NCBI GenBank assembly: GCA_964512315.1
Contig: CAZEIK010000005.1
Span: 1 to 43,025 of the forward strand
Length of the DNA stretch: 43,025 nucleotides
Direction of reading: 5' to 3'
Source of the DNA: an uncultured Candidatus Saccharibacteria bacterium
Lineage (GTDB): Bacteria; Patescibacteriota; Minisyncoccia; Phycocordibacterales; UBA5272
Below are positions 9,485 through 16,591 of this stretch, piece by piece; the first letter of the stretch is position 1; the number at the start of each line of letters is the position of its first letter. The position numbers were made by a program, and so were the translations under genes. The notes beneath the pieces were generated by a model, which made no database searches, was not told the DNA's origin, and worked only from the letters and a program-made list of their open reading frames with translations.

Positions 9485-10360
9485 TCAGGCCGCCTGAGTG
9501 GCGGGGTTGGTCATGATCGTTTCGAACTCGATCGGGGTCAATCGACCGAGGGCTGCTTGGCGGCGTCGGCGGTGGTAGGTGCGCTCGATCCAGGTGACGA
9601 TGGCGAGGCGGAGCTCGTCTCGGGTGGCCCATCGTTGGCGGTCGAGGACGTTCTTCTGGAGGAGCGCGAAGAACGACTCCATCGCTGCGTTGTCGCCGGC
9701 GGAGCCGACCTGGCCCATCGAGCCGACCATCCGATGATCGGTGAGCGCCCGTTGCAGCTTCCGGGATCTGAACTGACTGCCTCGGTCGCTGTGAAGGATG
9801 CAGCCGGCGACATCACCTCGGCGGGCAACAGCGTTGTCGAGCGCGTTGACGGCGAGGCGGGCCTGCATCCGCGAGTCGATCGAGTAGCCGACGATCCGGT
9901 TGGAGTGCAGGTCCTTGATGGCGCAGAGGTAGAGCTTGCCCTCATCGGTCCAGTGCTCGGTGATGTCGGTCAGCCACAGCTGGTTCGGGCGCTCGGCAGT
10001 GAAGACCCGGCGGACGAGGTCGTCGTGGGCGGGTGTGCCGGGCTTGGTGGCCTTGCCGGTTCGCTTCTTGCCGAACCTCGACCACCAGCCGTTGGCCTGG
10101 CAGTGCCGCCACACCGTGCGGTCACAGGCGCTAAGGCCGCCGTCGCGGACCTCATCGGCGAGGAACCGGTAGCCGAACTCGGGATCATCGCGATGGGCGT
10201 CGAAGACAGCGTTCGCCAACCACGCTGCGGCGAGCTCCCGGTCGCTCACCGGTTCCTTGAGCCAGCGGTAGTAGTGCTGGCGGCACAGCTTGAGGACCCG
10301 GCACGTCACCGTGACGGGAACCCCGTCATCAGCCAGCTCACGGACGAGCGGGAACATCAT
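9485..10360 (-). CDS. IS3 transposase OrfB (DDE/rve integrase core), expressed as OrfAB fusion
   Basis: LWLTDITEH..., ..ILHSDRGSQFRS..., ..GDNAAMESFF... D,D(35)E-type rve motifs. Its ATG overlaps the orfA stop (ATGA). Confidence 0.85.
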   Translation of the reverse strand: MMFPLVRELADDGVPVTVTCRVLKLCRQHYYRWLKEPVSDRELAAAWLANAVFDAHRDDPEFGYRFLADEVRDGGLSACDRTVWRHCQANGWWSRFGKKRTGKATKPGTPAHDDLVRRVFTAERPNQLWLTDITEHWTDEGKLYLCAIKDLHSNRIVGYSIDSRMQARLAVNALDNAVARRGDVAGCILHSDRGSQFRSRKLQRALTDHRMVGSMGQVGSAGDNAAMESFFALLQKNVLDRQRWATRDELRLAIVTWIERTYHRRRRQAALGRLTPIEFETIMTNPATQAA

Positions 10361-10650
10361 TTTGGGGGCAGATTCGCCTGCGACAAGTACGCGGCGGCCT
10401 TGCGCAGGACCTCGTTCTCCTGCTCGAGCAGCCGGATCCGGCGCTTGGCCTTCTTCAGTTCCTCGTTCTCCGCAGCGGTCATGCCGGGCTTGATCCCGTC
10501 CTCGACATCAGCGGCCTTGAGCCAGTTGGCCAGGCACGACTCGGAGATCCCGAAGTCCTTGGCGATGGTCTTCAACAGCACGTCGGGCTCGCGGTTGCGG
10601 GCCACTCGGATCACGTCCTCGCGGAACTCACGGGGATAGGGCTTGGGCAT
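10357..10650 (-). CDS. IS3 transposase OrfA (HTH + leucine zipper)
   Basis: MPKPYPREFREDVIRVAR...IAKDFGISESCLANWLK...EELKKAKRRIRLLEQENEVLRKAAAYL. GGAAGGA RBS lies before ATG 10650. Confidence 0.85.
   Translation of the reverse strand: MPKPYPREFREDVIRVARNREPDVLLKTIAKDFGISESCLANWLKAADVEDGIKPGMTAAENEELKKAKRRIRLLEQENEVLRKAAAYLSQANLPPK
10360..10366 (-). promoter_or_regulatory. Programmed -1 ribosomal frameshift heptamer C CCA AAA at orfA/orfB junction
   Basis: Minus strand reads CTG CCC CCA AAA TGA. C_CCA_AAA fits the X_XXY_YYZ pattern. A -1 slip continues as AAA ATG ATG TTC in the orfB frame. Confidence 0.6.
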
Positions 10651-10740
10651 GGTGAACATCCTTCCAGCGGCACCTCTCGGCACCACAGATCAGATGTCAC
10701 CGACTCACGCGGCAGTCCCACCCAGCTGCCGGAACGGTTC

Positions 10741-10767
10741 TGAGGTGGGTCGTTGCGATCCACCTCA
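10741..10767 (-). terminator. Hairpin downstream of HNH gene (tgaggtgg-N11-ccacctca)
   Basis: 8-bp perfect stem located 18 nt past the stop of the 10785-11750 gene. No obvious U-tract. Confidence 0.4.
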
Positions 10768-10784
10768 CGAACTGAATCTGAGTG

Positions 10785-11750
10785 TCATCCCGGCTCGGTG
10801 TCGTCAGGTGGCGCAATCGGGTCCAGGAGGTGAGGACCGGGCTCGTCGAGTTCCAGCCACTCAGGCTCCTCCTCCGGCATCTCGACGAAGCGTTCGACGA
10901 AGCCGGCGAGGGTGACTGCCGGGTGATCGGAGTCGCCTTCGTAGACCATCGTCAGGGGAGCGGGCGCCTGGGCGTACACGAGCAGTGCGAGTCCGCATGG
11001 CACCTCGCGGCCGAGCAGGTGCACGAGCACGAGGGTTCTCGCTGCGACACCCCCGCCGGCCGCCACCTCGACGAAGAGGCAGCGTCGGCCGTCGGGCTCG
11101 ACCGGCGCGAACGGCGATGTGGTCCAGAACGGGACGGCCTGAGGGTCGACCCACAGTGCCTCGCCTCCGTTCACGATGGCGCGCAGGGCTTCGGCGAGGT
11201 CTGAGGTGATGAACGCGTCGCCGTAGTTGAACGTGCCTGCTGCGAGCGCCACCTTCGCAGCGAGCCTGGCCTCCAGAAGGATCATCGGGTCGAGATGCGC
11301 CTCGATCTCCTCGATGAGGTCGCCCTTCCCCATGGCCATGATCTGATCGGGGTCCAGGTTGTGCTTGCGGGCGATGCCCTCGACGATCCCTCGGACCTGT
11401 TTCTCGGGTCCGCCAATCTGGAAGGTCTCGACGTTGCCTTCCCTGGATCGTTCGACGAGGTCCCGACCCCGGTGCTCACCGGTCGACCAGTCGACCTCCA
11501 TCTGCCGTCCGTCGTGCTCGAACCGCACGACCGGTCCCACACCTGATCGGAGTCCCGCTTGGAACGCGAATAGGGCCGGCGGCTTCGACAGGGTCCCTTC
11601 GATCTCCGAGCCGATCCTGTTGTTGCAGTCTTTGCACGCAGGCACGGTGACCCGTCCACCGACGTACTCGGGGAAGACGTGCTCGTCGCTCGGAATCACC
11701 CCATCGGTCCCGATTTCCCGTGTGCAATACGGGCAGAGCGCGTTCGTCAT
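10785..11750 (-). CDS. HNH-family nuclease (HNH_5-like N-terminal finger) with uncharacterised C-terminal domain
   Basis: MTNALCPYCTREIG...SDEHVFPEYVGGRVTVPACKDCNNRIGSEIE, i.e. CxxC...EH...CxxCNN. ATG 11750 is chosen because the upstream part of ORF 10785..12062 is Arg/Ser-rich and non-coding-like. ATG 11774 and 11810 remain possible. Confidence 0.7.
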   Translation of the reverse strand: MTNALCPYCTREIGTDGVIPSDEHVFPEYVGGRVTVPACKDCNNRIGSEIEGTLSKPPALFAFQAGLRSGVGPVVRFEHDGRQMEVDWSTGEHRGRDLVERSREGNVETFQIGGPEKQVRGIVEGIARKHNLDPDQIMAMGKGDLIEEIEAHLDPMILLEARLAAKVALAAGTFNYGDAFITSDLAEALRAIVNGGEALWVDPQAVPFWTTSPFAPVEPDGRRCLFVEVAAGGGVAARTLVLVHLLGREVPCGLALLVYAQAPAPLTMVYEGDSDHPAVTLAGFVERFVEMPEEEPEWLELDEPGPHLLDPIAPPDDTEPG

Positions 11751-12052
11751 GGCGGCCGACGGTACTGGGCGCATTCTTCTGAGGCGCGACAGAATCCGCC
11801 TATCGGGCATCAGGGTTCGGTACGACGACTGAACGTGGGACCGGATCGTCTCAGCACGAGCGCTATGAGGGCGGCGCTCCGAACGTGAACGGCTCGCCTC
11901 TTGCGTCCGATAGAGGGGGAGGCAACGTCGGCCGAGTGAACGGCAGTGCGCTCTCTGTTGATGAGAGCAGCTGGACGGCCCTTCGGAGTGAACGGATGCG
12001 GGAGAGGGTCCGAAGAAGAGACGACAGCGACCACGCACAAGGGAGTCCCACC

Positions 12053-12379
12053 ATGCACGCAACGTTCGATGAGCACCTCACCAGCCTCAGCCCCGATCAC
12101 GTCTGGAGCCTCCGAGGCGTGACCCGGGCCGATGGGAGCACGGCGATCCAGATGCGATGTAGGCACCGGGTCTCCGGAGCTGTCCGGGTGGCCGTGTGCG
12201 ACCTCGGGCGTCGTGATCCGATCACCGTGTCAGAGCGCATCACCGACTGGGACCTCACGCTGCTGGAAGCCCCAGCGTTCCTGAACACGGGTTGGGACCG
12301 GAGTGTCGCCGAGGCCGAAGACGCAGTCCTCGGTACGGCGTTCTACCTCGACGGCGCAGTGCGCTGCATCCCCGTCTGA
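12053..12379 (+). CDS. Hypothetical protein (108 aa)
   Basis: AAGGGAG RBS lies before ATG 12053. GC3 is moderately high. No recognisable motif. Confidence 0.5.
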   Translation: MHATFDEHLTSLSPDHVWSLRGVTRADGSTAIQMRCRHRVSGAVRVAVCDLGRRDPITVSERITDWDLTLLEAPAFLNTGWDRSVAEAEDAVLGTAFYLDGAVRCIPV

Positions 12380-12448
12380 GGGCGGCCGTGCTTGGGCATC
12401 CGGCGTGCGGCCTGCTGGACGTAGGAGTTCGCCACCGGGAGCCCGGGT

Positions 12449-12949
12449 CTACGGCTCCGCTCCGTCCGATGGCGATCGCCTCTCGTCCCACCAACGCTTC
12501 ACTCGTGGAGCCAGCTTGTAGATCCCATAGACCACGCCGCCAGCAAGTGCCAGCCCACCGATGACGATGACCACAGTGTTGATGTCCGTGGAGCTCGCAT
12601 CGCGGCTCGGCTCGACAGGTTCAGCCACTGGCGGAGCGGCCTTTGCTTCCCTCGCCTGCCGCCGGGCAGCAGACGCAGCCTCTCGTGCCCTCTGCTTCTT
12701 CTCGGCGTCTAGGTCCAAGGCCTCGAGGACCTCGTCCTCCCAGGTTCGGACCTCGTAGTCAACGACGTACTGCTGGTATCCGCCGACGCCGTTCCACCTG
12801 CGCTCCTCGGTTGCGTACTTCTTGCCTTCCTCCGTGACACGCCAGCGTTGCGGGGCGCCCTCTAGGAGGCCTGCCTCTGCAAGGGCGAAGTTGACCTCGG
12901 GTGCTGTCAGGCCCAGTTCGTGGCCCAGGACCCTCGCGGACTTGCCCAT
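12449..12949 (-). CDS. Hypothetical protein with C-terminal transmembrane anchor
   Basis: GGAAGG RBS. Charged, coiled-coil-like middle (KKQRAREAASAARRQAREAK). One TM segment (INTVVIVIGGLALAGGVVYGIY). Confidence 0.6.
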   Translation of the reverse strand: MGKSARVLGHELGLTAPEVNFALAEAGLLEGAPQRWRVTEEGKKYATEERRWNGVGGYQQYVVDYEVRTWEDEVLEALDLDAEKKQRAREAASAARRQAREAKAAPPVAEPVEPSRDASSTDINTVVIVIGGLALAGGVVYGIYKLAPRVKRWWDERRSPSDGAEP

Positions 12950-13087
12950 CGCGTTCGCCTTCCTTCGTCACGGTGGATTCGTTGGCTCGAGGTGCGCACA
13001 TGGTCATGCGCTATCTCGTTCGCGGGCATCACACCATGGTGGAGTGCGCACTGGAAGGGCCTCGACTGCACGGGCCTCGGACGGAAC

Positions 13088-13822
13088 TCAGAAGTGATCG
13101 TGATCCGATGGAGGAGCGTCCAAGCGGCCGAGCAAGCGTAGGAGGTAGTCGCGGACGTCTGGCCACCGAGGCGCCAGCACAGCGCGGTGAGCACCGCTCA
13201 GGTGCTCGGTGCCGGTGAAGCCGGTCTCGGTGACCGCGAACCGAAGCTCATCGACCTTTCGCCGTGGCAGACCAAGACTGGCGACCGAGAGGCCGGGCCG
13301 GAGAAGCCCGTTCAGCGGTGACGACAGGTACGCGGCCACCGCGTCGTTGGGCCTCGCCCGTTCAGCACCGAAACGCCGTAGGTCCGCAGGATCGGGCCAG
13401 GCAGGCCGTCGATCGTGGCCATCGTCGTCGAACGCGTCGAGGATCCGGGATACGTCGGCAAGCTCCCAGCGCCGATACACCTGGTCGGGTCTGGCGTGAG
13501 CCAGCCGCAGCTGCACCAGAGGATGCGGCGTGTGGGGGATCATCGCAACGACCGTCACCTTGAGCGGCCCGAGGCGTTCGATGGCGGTGATGCCGGAGTA
13601 CAGGTCCGTACCCACTTCGCCCGGCGCACGATCGTCGTAGACATCGACGAGCGCGATGTCCACGGATTTCCAGAACGAGTCGACTCGTCCTGCGGCATCG
13701 TCTTGGTCGAGGGCAGCCGTCACTTCGACCTGTCCTGAGGCATCGAGTCGGTCGGCCAGGGCGTCCCGCTTCCATGGATCGTCTTCGACGACCACGATCC
13801 TCTTCTTCACCGGACCACCCAC
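13088..13822 (-). CDS. Orphan response-regulator receiver (REC)-like domain protein with unknown C-terminal domain
   Basis: KKRIVVVEDDPWKRDAL...DIALVDVYDD...KVTVVAMI follows the CheY-like beta1-DD / beta3-D pattern. There is no HTH output and no histidine kinase in the window. GTG start at 13822 or 13810. Confidence 0.6.
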   Translation of the reverse strand: MGGPVKKRIVVVEDDPWKRDALADRLDASGQVEVTAALDQDDAAGRVDSFWKSVDIALVDVYDDRAPGEVGTDLYSGITAIERLGPLKVTVVAMIPHTPHPLVQLRLAHARPDQVYRRWELADVSRILDAFDDDGHDRRPAWPDPADLRRFGAERARPNDAVAAYLSSPLNGLLRPGLSVASLGLPRRKVDELRFAVTETGFTGTEHLSGAHRAVLAPRWPDVRDYLLRLLGRLDAPPSDHDHF

Positions 13823-13937
13823 TCTGGCCCTTGCTCCCCCATCCGGACCATCGGCAAGCTCCCCGTCGCAACTGGACGAGGGTAGGTGTCGACTGCCCTG
13901 AGGGATGGCAGGACCAACCGTCTCGTAGCCACGAGGC

Positions 13938-14726
13938 TCACGTCGATGCGACCGGGCGGAGCTGGCCGCTGGCCATCAGCGCATCGAAGTGGTCGGCGAG
14001 GCGGCGTGGGACGGGGCCGCCGGTGATGAGAAGGCCGAGCTCCATGTTGCGCTCGAGTGCCCGCCCGGTGAAGTTGGCGGAGGTGACGAGCGCGGCGCTG
14101 GTGTCGCGGATGGCGGCCTTCGCATGGAGGACTCCTCCGGCAGGAGGACGGGACGCGGCGGGCCAGACCCAGAACGCTGCGATTCCGGCGAGAGCGTCGA
14201 AGGCTTCGGCGGCGTCCTGCTTGAGCTCGCCCTTGGAGTCGCCTTCGGTCTCGAGTACGAGGTCGATCGCGACGCCGCGGCCAGCGGCATCTCGCAGCCC
14301 ACGCTCGACGCTGGCGACCTTGTAGGCGGCGAAGCTCACGATGATGATCCGGCGGCGGGCGTCGTCGATGAGCCGCTCAAGGACCTGGGCGGACTGACGG
14401 ACCGGGACCTCGTTGCTGGTCGGGCCGGTCCAAACGACCTCGAGGCTCGAGGCCGAGCGCATGCGCTCGGCGGTGAGAGCAGCGGTCCGCAATGCGAGCG
14501 CGACCGCCGCGCCTGGGGTCGCAGGTTCGGTTCCCCACGCTTGCCAGAGGTTGGCAACCGCCGTCTTGAAGGCGGGGCTGGCGGTGAGGGACGCGGCCTG
14601 GGCACGACCGCCGGGTTCGGGACCGTCGAGGGTGGCGAGCAGGTCGGCGAGCCGGTCCGCCTGGGCATGGGGAAGCGTGGAGGCCAGGAGCTGGACCTGT
14701 TCGACGAGCCCTGGCGCGACGGTCAC
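13938..14726 (-). CDS. drmC: DISARM DrmC, phospholipase-D (HKD) family nuclease
   Basis: Single HxK(x)4D motif in LHAKAAIRDTSAALVTSANFTGRALERNMELG. The GTG start overlaps the drmB stop (GTGA). The N-terminal 163 codons of ORF 13938..15215 are Arg/Pro-rich overlap with drmB and were discarded. Confidence 0.85.
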   Translation of the reverse strand: MTVAPGLVEQVQLLASTLPHAQADRLADLLATLDGPEPGGRAQAASLTASPAFKTAVANLWQAWGTEPATPGAAVALALRTAALTAERMRSASSLEVVWTGPTSNEVPVRQSAQVLERLIDDARRRIIIVSFAAYKVASVERGLRDAAGRGVAIDLVLETEGDSKGELKQDAAEAFDALAGIAAFWVWPAASRPPAGGVLHAKAAIRDTSAALVTSANFTGRALERNMELGLLITGGPVPRRLADHFDALMASGQLRPVAST

Positions 14727-16591
14727 GGCAGTCCGGTGAAGTACTCGATGCCGGCGCCGGCGAGGGTCGGTACGAGGACAGCTCGGTCGAGGTAGCGGTT
14801 GCCGAGCTCGCAGCTGGTCTCGGGGACGAACAGGCAGGCGTGGCAGCTGGCGCCGTGGAGTGACTCGTCGTCTTCGTCGGGGAGGTGGTCGGCGCACATG
14901 GGGTCGGTGCTGCAGAGCTGTGCTCGGGTGAGGGCACTGGTGAGGAGCCGGCCGAGGATCTGGTCGTCTCCGAGGGCGACGAGCCCGCCGAGGGTGCCTT
15001 CGGTGTCTGGGGCGGAGGTGTAGAGGAGGATGCCCGCCATGGCTTCGCCGGTGCCGCCGGGCTGGCGGCTGTAGATGCGTTCGCGGATGGACGCGGCGGC
15101 GTATCCGCACTCGAGGGCGAACTCGTTGATGAGGGCGTGCGAGAGGGAGTGGAGCAGCACGTAGCGCTCCCCGTTCCATCCGCCGGCTGGGTCGAGGTTG
15201 CGACGTTGCCTCCAACGTTGCTGCGAACGGTGGAGGGCGTCCATGCGCTCGGTGCCAGCTACTCGGGCTTCCCAGTCGGCGACGGCGTCTTCGGGTAGGC
15301 GGATGAAGACGCCTTCGCCGCGGGTCTCGGCCGCGGGGAGCCAGGTGGTGCGGCGCCGAGCCAGGGGGACGGTGTGGGTTGGTGCTGCGTCGGAGGCGAC
15401 GCCGGAGTCCGGCCCGTCGAGGCGGGTGAAGCCGGTGAGGGCCACCACCTCTCGGAGTCGCTCGGCGAGGACCGTGGGGGCGACGACGGCGTCGAACCCT
15501 GTCGGGCTGCGGACGGCGCGGAGCCGGAAGTCAGGGCCGGCAGGGGCGACGTCGGGGTGGGTGAACTGGGTCCACTCGGGTCCGAGGAGGTCGAGGTCGT
15601 TGGGTGTGGCGCCGGTGCCGTTGCGGAGCTCTTCGAGCCGTTGCCATGCGTCGGCGGGTTGGAATCCCGTGAGGAAACCGAAGTCCTGGGGGGCGAGGTC
15701 CATGAGCATGGCGAGGGTGTCGGCGGAGTCGACTCGGGCGAGCTTGTCGAGGTTTTCGGAGATCGCTTGGCCGAGCGGGTCGCCTGCCGCGGGGATGGAC
15801 AGCACGGACCGGGTGACGGGGAACCAGGCGTTCGAGGCGCCGAGCAAAAGGGCCGAGGCCTGGTTGGCGCATCCGCCGGGGTTGAAGGTCCGCAGGTGCG
15901 GCATGCGGCCTCGACACTGCGGCAAAACGCGGTCCGCGTTCTGGCCGAAGGCCTGGTTGAGGAGCTGCTTCTGGCCGCAGGTCTGGCACTCGACGCCCAT
16001 GCTCGTGGACCGGGTGCCTTCACCGACGTCGTAGGCCTTGAGGATCGGGTTGCCGGTGCACGGCTGGTCCTTGTGGCAGAACTCGACCCAAGGGAACTCG
16101 TCGAGGTGACCGGAGGGGCATGCGGTGACGAACCGGGCGGGGATCGCCGCGGGTGGCTTGCCGCGGCTGTTGCAGCGGTGGACGTATCGGGCGAGGTGCG
16201 GCCTCGATGGCGGAACCTCGAGTTCGAACAGGTTGGAGTCGATCGAGGCGAGAAGGTTGCAGGCCGTGTTGGAGCAGCGCAGCCATCGAGGGAACGGCAC
16301 GACGGGCAGCCCGGTGAACGCCCACGAGTCAAACGGGTTGCGGGTCTCGGGCTCCCATGGGGCGCCGCGCAGCTGGGTGACCTGGGGGCCGACGTGGGCG
16401 TCGAGGCGGACCGCTGCGAGCAGCCGCTCTTCGGTGATGGCGGTCTGCTTGGTCTCGTCCCAGTCGTCGAGGCCGGCGACGACGACGGAGAAGTTCGGCA
16501 GGTCGACGGTGGACCCGACGCCGTAGGAGTACATCATCTGCGACGGTCGGATGCCGCCGACGCGCTGAGCTTGCACTGGGCCGCCGGTCAC
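14723..16591 (-). CDS. drmB: DISARM DrmB, DUF1998-domain protein
   Basis: C-terminal DUF1998 signature ...CSTDPMCADH...SLHGASCHACLFVPETSCELGNRYLDRAVL. Position between the helicase and the PLD gene. GTGA overlap with the drmA stop. Confidence 0.85.
   Translation of the reverse strand: MTGGPVQAQRVGGIRPSQMMYSYGVGSTVDLPNFSVVVAGLDDWDETKQTAITEERLLAAVRLDAHVGPQVTQLRGAPWEPETRNPFDSWAFTGLPVVPFPRWLRCSNTACNLLASIDSNLFELEVPPSRPHLARYVHRCNSRGKPPAAIPARFVTACPSGHLDEFPWVEFCHKDQPCTGNPILKAYDVGEGTRSTSMGVECQTCGQKQLLNQAFGQNADRVLPQCRGRMPHLRTFNPGGCANQASALLLGASNAWFPVTRSVLSIPAAGDPLGQAISENLDKLARVDSADTLAMLMDLAPQDFGFLTGFQPADAWQRLEELRNGTGATPNDLDLLGPEWTQFTHPDVAPAGPDFRLRAVRSPTGFDAVVAPTVLAERLREVVALTGFTRLDGPDSGVASDAAPTHTVPLARRRTTWLPAAETRGEGVFIRLPEDAVADWEARVAGTERMDALHRSQQRWRQRRNLDPAGGWNGERYVLLHSLSHALINEFALECGYAAASIRERIYSRQPGGTGEAMAGILLYTSAPDTEGTLGGLVALGDDQILGRLLTSALTRAQLCSTDPMCADHLPDEDDESLHGASCHACLFVPETSCELGNRYLDRAVLVPTLAGAGIEYFTGLP

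Larger units (their letters stand above)
9444..10720 (-). mobile_element. IS3-family insertion sequence (~1.28 kb)
   Basis: Terminal inverted repeats TGGGGACTCCCGCGTGATCCGGTGACA (9444->) and TGGGACTGCCGCGTGAGTCGGTGACA (reverse complement ending at 10720). Two overlapping transposase ORFs in 0/-1 frames. Flanks are cac | ccc, so no clean target-site duplication. Confidence 0.85.

Noticed and set aside
13938-15215. N-terminal extensions offered by the ORF track (drmC to 15215, drmMI to 24614, tcmP to 29854, GIY-YIG to 35963, HNH to 12062, zinc-finger to 39039, SUKH-like to 39119)
   Set aside because: The extensions overlap upstream genes and translate to Arg/Pro-rich junk. Internal ATG or GTG starts coincide with stop/start overlaps or with good RBSs.
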